From assembly GCA_050613775.1 (NCBI GenBank), contig JBODTK010000134.1, forward strand, positions 186,001 to 250,000: a stretch of DNA of 64,000 bases, read 5' to 3'. The notes under the pieces were generated by a model. It was not told the DNA's origin. It was given only the letters and a program-made list of their open reading frames with translations, and ran no database searches. Below, in pieces: positions 43,870-57,724 of the stretch; within the stretch, counting starts at the first letter, position 1, and every line of letters begins with the position of its first letter. Origin of the DNA: Neocallimastix sp. 'constans' (taxonomy: Eukaryota). The position numbers and the translations under genes are program-made.

Positions 43870-44976
43870 TTATAAAAGTAATATACAAGTATAAAATTAT
43901 GAAATGTATTTTACATAAAATGAAAAAAAAATAAAAAAAAATAAAAAATAAAAAATAAAAAAAAAAAAAAAATAAAAAATAAAAATAATTATTTTAGTAT
44001 ACCATTTATTATAACAAATATGACATATAAGAAAATATAAATATTATGTTATATTAGTTTTTTCTTTTTTATATTAATAAAAAAAAAAAATAATAATAAA
44101 ATAATAAAGAAGAAAAAAACAATAATAATAATGATAAATATTTACCCCCCTAATAGTATCATATAACGGAAACCAACCACAAATCTGATCATTTGAATCC
44201 CAAGTTAATAAAGGGTTTAAATCTATAAACACAGAACCAACAGCATCATTGGCTGTTATGGCGTCATGATCTAATACTTTAATTTCTAAAGGTTCATTTT
44301 GTAAAATAGAATCATCTATTACCTTTAGATTTTAATAGTACATATATAATATATATATTCATTGATATTTATTGATTTTGTTCATTCATATTTCGTAATA
44401 TATATTTATTATTATTATTATTATTATTTTAAAGTCCAGTTATTATTTATCATTTATTTATAATATTCTATTAATTTTTATATACCTCAAATCTAAAATC
44501 TTTTTTTTTTTAAAAAAATAAAAAAAAAAAAGAAAGAAAATATAAATTTAAATTTAAATGTTTAGAATATACAATATAATAGAATTAATAATCATATAGA
44601 GATAGATATTTTAAATATAAATATTTAAAGTTTAAAAAATTTATATATATATATATATATACATATATTACCTTCATTCCAAACTGGATTTAATGTTTTT
44701 CTACAAATTTTAGTAGATTCTTCAAAAGAGTCAAATTTTATTTCAACATAGGCATCAGTAAGTTCTACATGGATGAATTAACAATATTTAATAATTTTTT
44801 TTTTTTTTTATAATAAAAAAAAAAAAAAAATTAATATAAAATAAAATTAATTTTTTATCTACTTTTATCTTAATATATATATATTTAAAATAATAATAAT
44901 GCTATCTACCAGTTTTCCTATCCATAATTGGAAGGTTTCTTGCACTGATAATTTTAACTTTCAAAATACATGGCAT
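38261..44976 (-). CDS. C2CD5: C2CD5/CDP138-like protein (N-terminal C2 domain, then repeated YbjQ-like domains), multi-exon
   Basis: MPCILKVKIISARNLPIMDRKTELTDAYVEIKF...LNPVWNEDFRFEV...LQNEPLEIKVLDHDAITANDAVGSVFIDLNPLL...GWFPLYDTIRGIRGE...DDPEYHWSDNFRTPRTSNEAR...LPFIQYDLHRQLLYKM; close to animal C2CD5 motifs as I recall them. Confidence 0.88.
40845..41065. repeat. 18-bp A-rich intronic minisatellite
   Basis: aaaataaaataaaaaata-type unit repeated inside a C2CD5 intron. Confidence 0.85.
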
Positions 44977-45248
44977 TTCTTTATAATTATATGAAATTTA
45001 TGATTAAATACTATTGATATAAATTTATATTAAAAAAAAAATAATAAATAATTTAAATTATTATTTTATTTAATAATATATTTTTATTTTTTTTTTTTTA
45101 GTTTTTGTTTTTATTTTATTTTTTTTTTTTTTTTTATTATAAAATTCTTTTTATTATGAATTAATATATTTTTTTAAAAATATGAAAGATTTCATTAAAA
45201 TTTATGAATTCAAATTTTCTGAATTTTGTTATGAAAGATATTCTATAT

Positions 45249-45280
<32 letters not shown>

Positions 45281-46720
45281 TTAAATTAATGTTGTTTAAA
45301 TATTATTTAAATTTTTTTTTTTTTTTTTTTTTTTTAATAATTTTAAAGTTTATTTTATTATTATTTATTATTTTGATTATTTATTATTTTGATTATTTAT
45401 TATTTTGATTATTTAACGAATGATTTTATTTGATTTGATTTGATTTATTATAAAATTGTTTTGATATATAATAAATAAATTAAATAATTAAATAATTAAA
45501 TAATAAATAAATAATTATTATTATTTATTTTTTATTTTTTATTTTATTTTTTATTTTTTTATCTTTATTAAAATAAATTAAATAATAGTAATAATGATAA
45601 TGATAATAAAATACCAATTATTTAAAAATAATAAATATAATAATAATATATAAAAAAGTAGACGACTATAAAAAAAAAAAAAACAGTAATAATTATATAA
45701 TAAAATATATATTCTATAAAATTATAAATATAATTATAATAATAATATTTATACATAGTTATTATTAGTTTTAAATTATTTAGGTGTTTATAAGACCATT
45801 AATTATATATAAGCAACAAATATATTAAAAAAAATAAATAAATAAATAAAATAAAGTAAAAAAAAAAAAAAAAAAATTGTAATGCAATAAATTAATATTA
45901 TTAAAATTTTCATTACAATTATTATTAAACCACGTTTATAAAAAAAATGATAATGTATAAATATTATTTTAACTTTTTTTTTCTCCTCTTGCTTTTACTA
46001 TGGAAGGATGATTATATCCACAAAAAATAATCTTTTCTATATTTTTAATTATTTTATTATGAAAAATATTAAAATTAATATTAAAATTAAAAAATATAGA
46101 AAAGATTAAATATTTTTCATTTAATTATTATTATTTTTTTTTTAATTTATTTGTTTCAATAATTTCATATTTATTATTATTATATTTATTATTATTATAT
46201 AAATAAAATCAAAACGTCATACTAATTTAATAATATATTTAATCGTTATTTTATATATAAACATTACTTATTTTTTTATTTTATTTTAATAATAATAATA
46301 ATAATAATAACAAAAGAATAATATAACGTTATAAAAAATAATTAATAAAAGTAAAAATATATTTATATATATATATATAAAAAAACAAATGTGAAATACC
46401 GTAAAATTAAAATAAATAGTTAAGGAAGTATTATAAAAAAGTAAAGTATTAATAAAAAAATAAAATAAATGAAAAGAGAAAAAAAAATGTATATATAAAA
46501 ATAAATAAATAAAAAAAAAAAAAAAAAAAAAAAACTACACTTTTTATTTTTAAAATTTAAATTAATTTTAATCATGTACTTTATTTAATTAATTTATTAA
46601 TTAAAAAATAATTTATTTATATGATATAATATATTTTATTTCATGTATTTTTTTTTTTTTTTTTTCATTAAAATTATGTAATTTTATTATTATTTCAAAT
46701 TAAATAAAGTTTTCTCTAAG

Positions 46721-46759
<39 letters not shown>

Positions 46760-47189
46760 CAAAAAAAATAAAAAATAAAAAAAACCTTTCAAAAAAAATA
46801 AAAAAAAAAAAATATTATTACATATTTATAATTGTTGAATTTTCAAGCTAAAAAAAATTCCTTTTCATCAAAATAATTAAAAAAAAATGATTTTTATAAA
46901 AAAAGTAAAAAAAAAAAAAATGAAAATGAAAATAAGGAATTTTAGGAAGAATTTTTAAAATAAAAATAAAAAATTTCATAAATTTATGATATCTGGTTTC
47001 GTAAATATAATAAAGGGAAGTTATATATTTATAAAAAAAAAAAAAAGAGTATTTTAATAAATAAAAAGTTAAGCAAAAGAAAAAATTTTATTTTAGTGGA
47101 ATTCAATTTATTATTTTAAATAATAATAAATTTTGTATTAAAATTTATATTAAATAAACTTTTCATTTAAAAAATCTTTTCATACATTA

Positions 47190-47740
47190 TCGAACATTAA
47201 TAGTTGGACTTATCTAAAAGAATAAGAGTCTCAGCTGCGCAAAAGAATATTATAAATAATAATAAAAATAAGAAGAGAATAAAACTATTATAATTAAAAG
47301 AAAAGTTCCTACTGAAAAAACTACTACGACAACTGCAGATATCATTGCTACTAATGATGAATCAATTTTTTTTAATAAAGAAAATACTAAATATACTAAA
47401 TATACCATGATAAACAAAGATGAAAACATTGTTATGAATTAGCATAAATAATTTAATAGAACTTGCTAATGATAAATTAAATAAAATTGCATATTTAGAT
47501 GCAAGTTTTGAACCAAAAGGATAATGAATGATAATATAAAAATCAAACAGTGGACAAAAAAAAAAAAAAAAAAAAAAAAAAAACTATATATAGAATGTAC
47601 TCCTATTTGTTGAAAATCAAAAAAGACAAAAATTCATAGCTTGAAGCACAAATGAAACCGAATTTAATGCGATCGCTGACTTTATTAAAAATTTTTATAT
47701 GGTTAAACAATACAAAAGAGGAAATAGAAGATTCCATATC
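47190..47740 (+). mobile_element. Relic of a Ty1/copia LTR retrotransposon pol gene (RNase H region)
   Basis: Broken translation IAYLDASFEPK...TPIC*KSK/RQKFIA*STNETEFNAIADFIK...WL resembles the copia RNase H pattern YxDA...PIxWxSKKQxxVAxSTxEAExxA. Confidence 0.75.
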
Positions 47741-48169
47741 TTAATAAAAAAAAAATTATTATTATTATTATAATAAATTTATAAATTTTGATATACATAT
47801 ATATATATAAAAGGGAAATATTAATATGAAATACTTCCATTTTTATTATTTTACTATTTTATTTATTTATTTATTTATGTATATAATATCTATTTCTATT
47901 TAAACTGACTATATAAATAGTTTATATAGGATTGTTCTATTTATATTTTATAAAAAATTTTGAATTCTAATTTCTTAATTTTTTTTTTTTTTTTTAATTT
48001 TTATTAAATATATATATAGATTTACATAGAAACAGTAAATATTATATTTCATATTACATATATGAATTAATATATATATATATATATTATTCACTTCTTT
48101 GTCTTTTTTTTTTTGTTACCTATATATATTAAATATATATATTACTAATTCATATTTATATTTTTTTAT

Positions 48170-48203
<34 letters not shown>

Positions 48204-48433
48204 TTAAATTTATTTTATTATTTCTATTTCTATTTTTTAATATTAATATTTTTTTTATTATGTTCTATTATATTAAATTAATTTTTTATTTATTTATTTT
48301 ATTTTATTTTATTTTTTTGTTTTTCTTTCATTTTTTTTTTTTTTTTTTAATTTTTCAATTTTTTATTTTTCAATTTTTTTTTAAATTTTTTTGTTATTAT
48401 CTTTTCTTTCCCTTTCTTTCCCTTTCTTTCTTT

Positions 48434-48484
<51 letters not shown>

Positions 48485-48595
48485 TTTTATAATATATAAT
48501 TTTTATTTTTAATTTTTAATTTTTAATTTTTAATTTTATATTTTATATTTTAATTTTATATTTTTCATTTTTTTTTTTTTTTTTATATATTTGTT

Positions 48596-49916
48596 TTAAT
48601 CATTTTTCTTTTGGCTTTGTGAAGTTTCCGGTTCAATTCCTTGTTCAAGACCAACCATTTCTAAACTCTTTTCATATAATTCTTTATGAAGTTTCTTATA
48701 GTAAGAAAGAGGATTAATAGAAAACCATTTTCTAGCACCAGCATAATAATTACCTTGAATATAATGTTATATTATAAATAAAATAGTAACATAATAAATA
48801 TGTATATAAATATGAATATGAATATATAAATTATATAAATATAAAAAAATAAAATAAAATATAATAAAATAAAATAAAATATATATTTATATATATATAT
48901 ATTTATAATGAAATTAATAATCATATCAAGAAAATAATATATATATTAGTAAAAAAATTTTTTTTATTTTGTTTATTTTTTTTTTTTTTTATGTTCTTTT
49001 TTAATGATCTTTATATATATATATAAGATTTCTTTTTTTAATGTTTTTTTTTTCTATTTTATTTTATTTTATTTTTTTTTTTTTAAAAAAAATTTTATTT
49101 TTTGTTTTTCCCCCCTTTTACCTGTAGCTGTTTCACATTCCTTACTGGAAGCGACATAAATTTGAGTTTGAGCCCCCTGTTCCGGTGTAATCATTACAAT
49201 TTTTCTGAAGATAGGGTAAATCTTACGACCGAAGGGGAAATAGGAAATAATTTCATTCCAGAGAGGTGTATCCACCACACCAGGATGAACGGCATTTATT
49301 GTAATATTAGTTCCCACTAAACGACGACTCATTTCTTTAGCGAATAAGAGACAAGCAAGTTTACTTTGACAATACGATCTCCAAGGATTATATTTTTTTT
49401 CTAAATTTAAATCTTTCATATGAATACAAGCAGGAATATGAGCGATGGAAGATAAACAAACAATTCTTGCTGGAGCTGATTGCTTAAGAACTGGAAGTAA
49501 GAGATGAGTTAAAAGGAAATGACCTAAATAATTAGTTTGGAACTAAAAATATTAAATATATTTTAAAAAAATAAAATAAAATATTAGGAAAATAAAGTAA
49601 TAAAGTAATAATAATAAAAAAAAAATTAAAATATATTTTATAATCATTATTAATACTAATTATCTATGAATTTTTTTTCTAAATATACTATATATATACA
49701 TATTCCATAAATATTCAATATATATATATATTTACTTTTATATCTATTTTTTATATAACTTTATAATATATAATAAATATATATAATAAATGTCCTATTT
49801 ATCATAGTATAATCTATCATAATATGATTATTAAACCATTCTTTTTTTTTTTTTTGAAAAAAAATATGAACAAAAATTAGGTTCGTTGTTTTTTTTTTTT
49901 TTATTTTGAACTATAC

Positions 49917-50000
<84 letters not shown>

Positions 50001-50437
50001 TTGAACAATACTTCCATTCTAACTTTTTTTTTATATATATTATTATTATTATTATTTTTATTTTTATTTTTTTTTTTTTAATATTATTATTATTTTTATT
50101 ACTTACTTGAAATTCATTTCCGTCCTCAGTCACCTTTCTATCCTTAAGGGCCATAATACCAGCATTATTCATTAAGACATGAATAGGACGTTTACTTTCA
50201 ATGTAAGATTTTGCAAAGGTACGAACGGTATCCAATTTATTTAAGTCCAAATATTCCACTGAAATTTTTTGATTATTGGACTCTTCTTTTAATTTTTCAG
50301 CATTTTCTTTAGCTTTATCAACATTTCTTGCTAATAAAATAATTTCTGCGTTGGCTTTAGCAAGGGCAAGAGCACTATGATAAGCCTTTATATATATATA
50401 TATATAAGTTAATTTAACATTTAAAAAAATAGAAAAG

Positions 50438-50491
<54 letters not shown>

Positions 50492-50691
50492 TAGTATATA
50501 TTAGAAAGAAAAAGAACTAAAAAAAAAAAAATTATATATTTAAAATAATATTTCTTTTATTCCTTTTTTTTTTTTTTTTTTTTTGGAAGATTATAAAGAA
50601 TAAAAAATAAAAATATATACATATTCAAAAAATAACATTCTTTTTTTTTTTTTTTTTTTTAAATTTTTATAAAAATAATAATTATCAATTA

Positions 50692-50726
<35 letters not shown>

Positions 50727-50778
50727 CTATATTATATAGGCTTTATTTTTTTTTCTAAATGTAATTCAATAATAACAA

Positions 50779-50817
<39 letters not shown>

Positions 50818-50972
50818 TTAAATATTTTTTAACAATTATACCCCCCAAAAAAAAAACTTTTTTTTTTTTTATTATCTTTTATTATATATTCATATTAGTT
50901 ATTTACCAAGCCTCTATAACCAGTAATAACCACAACTTTTCCAGTTTGGTCAGGAACCTCTACAAGCTTCAT
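48596..50972 (-). CDS. Short-chain dehydrogenase/reductase (RDH12/WWOX-like), 4 exons
   Basis: PDQTGKVVVITG, IHVLMNNAGIMA, FQTNYLGHFLLT, IVCLSSIAH, catalytic YCQSK, AVHPGVVDT, TPEQGAQTQIY. Confidence 0.95.
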
Positions 50973-51070
50973 TTTAATATATTATATATTTATATATAAA
51001 TATATACTTTATCTTTTTTTCGTTTTTGTTGTTTTTGGTTTTTTTTTTTATATGAATTAATAATTTATTT

Positions 51071-51108
<38 letters not shown>

Positions 51109-51369
51109 TATTAAACTCTATTTATCTTTAATATATCCAAAAAAAAAAAAAAAAAAAAAAAAGAAAGGAAAAATTATTCATATATATATATATAATAAAT
51201 GAAACAATAATAATAAATAATAATAAAAATACTAAAAAATTAATAAGGAATTATTAATAAATAATAAATAATAATTAATAATAATTGAATATAAAATTTT
51301 TTTATATATAATTAATTTAATAAAATTAAAATTTAATGGTAAAAAAATAAATTAAAAAAGTTTTTTTAT

Positions 51370-51407
<38 letters not shown>

Positions 51408-51911
51408 TTTCTTATATATTTTAAAAATTGTAGATTTGTATTTGTATTGTGTATCAAATTCAAATTACAAACATTGACATATATTTATGTCTATAAGAAC
51501 ACGTGTATGGAATAAAAATAATATTTATGTAAATAAAACATACATAGATTAAATGTTAATCTAAAAGGAAATTAAAAAATAAATTAAAAATCAATAAAAA
51601 AAAATCAAAAAAACTATAAAAAAAAATAAATATCTAAAATAAATAAATATATAACTATAAATATAAATAAATATATATATATAACTATAAATATAAATAA
51701 ATAAATATATAAATATAAATAAATAAATTATATTTAATATATCAAATATAAAAGAATAAAAAATATTAAAGGATTTGAAGTATTAGTAATGAATTAGTAA
51801 TGAAGATATTAATAAAATTATTAAAAATATTAAAAATATAAAGTTAACAATACTAAAATAAAATTAATTCAATCCTTAACCCATTTCATAATTAGTAATT
51901 AGTAATTATTA

Positions 51912-52007
<96 letters not shown>

Positions 52008-52114
52008 TAAAATTAATAATTAAAAAAAAAAAAAAAAAAAGAAAATAAAATCAAATAATTATAGTAATAATTAAGAATATGATTTTAATATTATTGTCAA
52101 CCACCAATAAACCT

Positions 52115-52520
52115 AATAACAGATAATAATCACTAATTATAATAATAATAAATATTAATAATTATAATAATAAATAATAATACATAATAATAAATAATAA
52201 CAGATAATAATCACTAATAATAATAATAAATAATAATAAATAATAATACATAATAATACATAATAATAAATAATAACAGATAATAATCACTAATAATAAT
52301 AATAAATAATAATAAATAATAATACATAATAATAAATAATAACAGATAATAATCACTAATAATAATAATAAATAATAATAAATAATAATAAATAATAATA
52401 AATAATAACAGATAATAATCACTAATAATAATAATAAATAATAATAAATAATAATGAATAATAATAATAGACAATAATCACTAATATTAATGATAATAAA
52501 CAATAGCAGATAATAATCAT
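52115..52520. repeat. Minisatellite built on aataacagataataatcactaat
   Basis: Core recurs 5-6 times at 65-85-bp spacing among AAT repeats. Confidence 0.9.
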
Positions 52521-53190
52521 AATCATACTAAATCATAATCATTAATAATCATAATTTAAAAAAAATAATAATAATTAATTTTTTTATTATAATAATTAAA
52601 AAGAAATATTAAATATTATAATGAAAATTATGAATCATTTATGTGAATTAATATTATTTTAATATTATTTTAGTTTTATTTTTTTTATTTTATTTTATTA
52701 TTATTTTTATTTTTATTTTTATTTTTTTTTAATTCTTTTCATTTTTAATTTAATTATTCAATATTTTAAATTTTATAAGAAAAAATTAAAAATAAATTAA
52801 AATCAAAAATCAAAAATTAAAAATAAATTAAAAATTAAAAATAAATTAAAATTCAAATGGCATGTTTTTTTTATTTTTTTATTTTTCTAATCAGTAATTA
52901 TTATTAATTAAATAATAACAAATATTTTATTGAAGAATAATAATAGTTGGATTAATTCATTTAAAGATAAAAAATAAAAAAAATAAAAAAAAACACATAA
53001 TATATTATTAACTATAAGATATTAAACTATTATAACTAATTTAAATATTAATATGAATATATAAAAATTATTTATTAATAGAAAAACAAAAATATTAACA
53101 TAATAATCAAATAAATAATAATAATAAATAATAATAATAATAAAATAATATAGTAATAATGCTTTTTAATAATAAAAATAAATAATTAAA

Positions 53191-53675
53191 TAGTGTTGCA
53201 TTTTGGAACGTGGCTTTATCTGGATTCAGGCATACTTTAATAAGCTGTTTATATAAAGGTGGCTTAAATTAGGTTAAATAAATAAATAAATATTTAATAA
53301 TATTTTATTTAATTAAAAATATTTAATAGCATTTTTTTTTTTTTTTGTTTTTGTTAAAATAATAATAAAATAATATTTAATTTTAAAGATATAAATTATA
53401 GATAGGTTTTTTATTTATAATAATTTGTTCCTTTCCTCCTCTATTTGCTTCACTTTTTTCAATTTTTGGATTTTTTTTTTTTTTTTTTTTTTTCATTTTT
53501 TAATGGTTAAAAATAAAATATATTTAATTTTTTTTTTTTATAATTTATTGATTATTTAATTTAATTTTCAATTTTTATCTTATTTAGAGTTTTTTTATAA
53601 TTATTGCTTTAAAAAAGAAAAATACGAACTAAATAAATAAAAGTATTTATAAGAAAAATGTTTGGATGTTTAATA

Positions 53676-53719
<44 letters not shown>

Positions 53720-53966
53720 ATTTATATATTTATTTCTAGTTTTATTCATTTATTCATATATTTAAAATTACTCAATTTTTTTTTTTTTATAGAGTGAAGA
53801 CTTTGGTCTTCCCCATATAGTAATATGGGTGTATGATTAACTGCTATACCAGTACGTCGTCGGCGCTCTTAAAATTACTCAAAAAAAAAATAAAAAAAAA
53901 AATAAAAACGTGGGATATGTTAAAAATTAAAATTTTTTTAAAAGCCACGTTCCGAAATGCGACATA
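53191..53966. mobile_element. Non-autonomous TIR DNA transposon (MITE-like), TA-flanked
   Basis: Left end ta-gtgttgcattttggaacgtggcttt (53193-53217); right end aaagccacgttccgaaatgcgaca-ta (53941-53964); imperfect ~24-bp TIRs, no ORF between them. Confidence 0.75.
53776..53868 (-). mobile_element. Short poly(A)-tailed retroposon (SINE-like or LINE 3' end) with a 14-bp target-site duplication
   Basis: TSD ttaaaattactcaa at 53762-53775 and 53869-53882; T13 at 53776-53788 is the A tail on the minus strand; 80-bp GC-rich structured body. Confidence 0.85.
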
Positions 53967-54329
53967 TTTAATTAAATAATAATAAATAATTGAATGGGAA
54001 TTAATAAATATTAAATAAATAAATATTAAATAAATAAATAATAAATAATAAATATATAATAAATAAATAGTAATAAATAATTAAATAATAAAGAATAATA
54101 AATTGAATAATATTTTTTTTAACAGCCTCAATTATTGAGAACTTTAATCTTTATTTATTTATTCATTTTATTAATTACATGAATAATATATATATATATA
54201 AATATATATATATATATTTTTTTTTATAAAAAAAACATTCAATGAATAAAAATAATAAATATTATTAAGTTCAATTAGAACATAATAATATTTTTTTTTT
54301 TTTATTTTTTTTTTTTTGTTTTGTTTTTT

Positions 54330-54448
54330 GTTTTTTTTTTGTTTTTAGATAGGATAATTGTGAAATGAAATGTGAAATAAAAAAAAAAAAATGTATAATA
54401 TTCCAATAATATTCCAAAGCAAAATGGATAAATAAATAAATTCAGAAG

Positions 54449-54489
<41 letters not shown>

Positions 54490-54807
54490 AGTTCATAGGT
54501 AATAAACCTCTTACCTTCAAAGATTAATAAGATTTCCAGGTTTAAAAAAAAAATAAAAAAAAAAAAAATAAAATAAAAGAAGTAACATCTTTAAAAATAG
54601 TTAGTGTGGTATCCACTAAACTTTCTCCCCCCTGAACCATAAGAAAGATCATCAAAAAAAATATTGAATTACTTACTATAGGTTCTTTGTTTGGAAGGGT
54701 GGCTGCTAGTAAATATGTATATTGATGAGAATTCAACAGGACTTCTAACTTCACTATTCTTTTTACCATATTGGTTACGATGTCGGCACTCTCTTGGTAA
54801 TGAAAGT

Positions 54808-54852
<45 letters not shown>

Positions 54853-55279
54853 AAACCTCTCAAAAAGTTCATTCAAGAGAGAGCTACTGATGATCGGGTA
54901 TTTATATTAAGCAAGATATTCCGCAAGCCCAACAAATATATACGGAAACAGTAGACTCCTGTGAACATTTTAGAAGTTTGTTCACTTAAATGTCTCTCTT
55001 CTCCAGTACGGTATTGTAGCTCATCCAAAGCTGAAATTCCATCAAGAAAGGAATAAAATAAATATACCTGTTAATGAAATTTTTTATATTCTAAAAAAAC
55101 AAAAAAAAAAAAAAAAAAAAAAAAAAATATTAGAATAAGAAGGAAGTAAAGGAAAGAGATTCTTTTACTTTATCGGTAAATAAAATGAAAAGGACAAACG
55201 ATGAAATCTAAAGAGTTACATCGACATAAAGAAAAAGGTAAAGTGTTCAAAAATATTCAATGGATAAAAGGATTGATCA

Positions 55280-55311
<32 letters not shown>

Positions 55312-55756
55312 CCACAGCAAGGGTAGAATTTAGAGCAATCGTCAGAAACTCTATCACTTCTAATTATAATAGAATAGTGGTATTATATTTGTAACCAGCC
55401 TTTAATCTTAAGATCCAGTTAAAACCTAAACTTAAATGAGGGTATTCAAGGCTAAGTCTGAATAAAATTTCTAGTATTTATAAATTTGAAGTTATCGTAA
55501 TTTCGATCCTTTAATTCCTTAGAATTTACCAACATTAGAACCAATATAATTCAATAACATCTCTGAATTTAGTGATATTTTTTTTTTTTTTTTAATTTTT
55601 TTTAATTTTCTTGTAAAAGTACCAGTGATTTTTTTTTTTTTTTTAATTTTCTTGTAGAAGCACCAATGATTTTTTAATTTTCTTAATTTTCTTGTAGAAG
55701 CACCAATGATTTTTTAATTTACTTAATTTTTTTTAATTTTCTTGTAGAAGTACCAG

Positions 55757-55801
<45 letters not shown>

Positions 55802-56002
55802 ATCAAGAATAACGTGACATGAAAGGGATAAGATTTATGAGATTTTTTAATGATTTACCTTTTTAAATTTCTCCATTTTACAAAAAGCATTTGATTTGAA
55901 GAGAAGCACAAAAGTCAGCCAACCAGCCAGCCTTCCAGACCAGCCTGCCATTGGAAAATACTTGAAGATCACGAGATAAGGCATAAACACTAACCGTTGA
56001 AT

Positions 56003-56050
<48 letters not shown>

Positions 56051-56323
56051 AAATAACTCTTAACATTTTTTTTTATTTTTGAAATAACTCTTAACATTTT
56101 TTTTTTTACTTCTTTTCAATATTAAGATAATCTTCCTTTGTTCGAGAGGAGTCAGAATCGATAGACCATAACAATGCCATATTAATTAAGGAGGGTACAT
56201 TCTTAGAATTGTTCTTTTTGTTTGAACCAAAGAGTGACTCAAAATATAAGGCCTTGCTGCTCATAATATAGGATTGAATAAAATAGAATCTTTTTAAAAA
56301 GTTAATGGAATTTTTATTATTGG

Positions 56324-56380
<57 letters not shown>

Positions 56381-57000
56381 AGAGAAAGAAAATAAGTATT
56401 TTCTAACTTTAGTATTCATATAAGTAATAATAGGCTCAAAGGGGGAAAGATCATTACTGAAAGGGGGATACCTAAGTAAACATACACAAATTCTTTAGAG
56501 ATAAAAAAAAATACATACCAAGGTGAAATGTAGGTTCTTCATCACCAGAATATAAAAAAAAAAAAAAATTTAAGGGCTTAATAACCATTGAGGTACATTT
56601 ATTGATACCAAAAGACATTTTAATTTTTATTAGCCCAACAAAAAAAAACATGATGAAAGAAGAGCATTCATTTTTCTTTCACTAGGTGCTAGGAGAACAC
56701 GATCATCAGCAAAAAAAAAAAAAAAAAAAAAAAAGACCACCACGACATTTTTTTATTATATTACCAATACTAAACACCATATTTTATCATAATTGTTTAA
56801 AATATCCATAAATGAATAAATTAAACAAAAATTTGTTGATAACGGGACAACCTTGTCTAACGTCACGATGAATAGGAAATTCATTTGATAATGTATCAAG
56901 GTAACGAGTTCAAGCTTTAGAAGTAAGATAGAGCTTAGAAATGAAATCAAAAACCTGTGTCACGGATTTTCTTTACCCCATGTATGACGTCTACGGCATG
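54330..57000 (-). mobile_element. Degenerate, apparently 5'-truncated non-LTR retrotransposon (LINE): RT domain and C-terminal zinc knuckle
   Basis: Minus-strand fragments VRQGCP(LS)...LFNLFI (~56810-56865), GGL[F]ADD.VLLAPS (~56680-56745), YVYLGIP (~56465-56487), VYALSRDLQ (~55965-55992), WILRLKAGY (~55390-55417), PCCG...H.IF (~55250-55325). Boundaries approximate. Confidence 0.85.
55600..55760. repeat. ~35-50-bp tandem repeat inside the LINE relic
   Basis: taattttcttgtagaagcaccaatgattttt-like unit, 4 copies. Confidence 0.85.
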
Positions 57001-57687
57001 ATATATCTCTAAGTAAAACAAAAATAATACAATTTGAATTTTTCCATTTTTTTAAAACATCTAAAATAATAATATAGAATAACAAATAATTGAATAATAA
57101 ATATTAAATATTAAATACTAGATATTAAATATTGATATTAAATAATAAATAAATAAATAAAAAATAAATAAATAAATAATGAATAAATGAATAAATAATA
57201 AATAAATAAATAAATAATAAATAATAAATAATAAATATTGATATTAAATAATAAATAATAAATAATAAATAATAAATAATAAATAATAAATAATAAAATA
57301 ATTGAATAATAGATAATAAATAATAAATAATAAATAATAAATAATTGATTGATAAATAATTAAAATTCACACAAAAAAAAAAAAATACAAAAATACAATA
57401 AAATCAAATAAGCAAAAAAAATAAAAAAAATTTTTTTTATTATTTATATATATATATATTAAAAATTTTATAATAAATTTTTTTTTTTTTTTTTATTTTA
57501 TAAAATATTTATTATTTAATTTTGATCTATCAAAATATATATATATATATAAATCATGTATATATATTTAAATTTAAATATATATATTGAGTTTGTTTTG
57601 TGTCTTTATATATAAGATTAGAAATATAGAATATATAGATATAACACTGTGTATATATTTTTATTTTTAATTTTGTTTATTTATTTT

Positions 57688-57724
<37 letters not shown>

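Noticed and set aside
52115..52520. Repeat-spacer-like pattern
   Set aside because: The intervening sequences are AAT variants, so this is a minisatellite.
53789..53868. Functional tRNA gene or known ribozyme
   Set aside because: No T-arm TTCGA, irregular loops and no ribozyme core I can recognise; TSD and poly(A) indicate retroposition.
54302..54954. Short ORFs with poly-F/poly-K
   Set aside because: Fragments of the decayed LINE read through expanded homopolymers.
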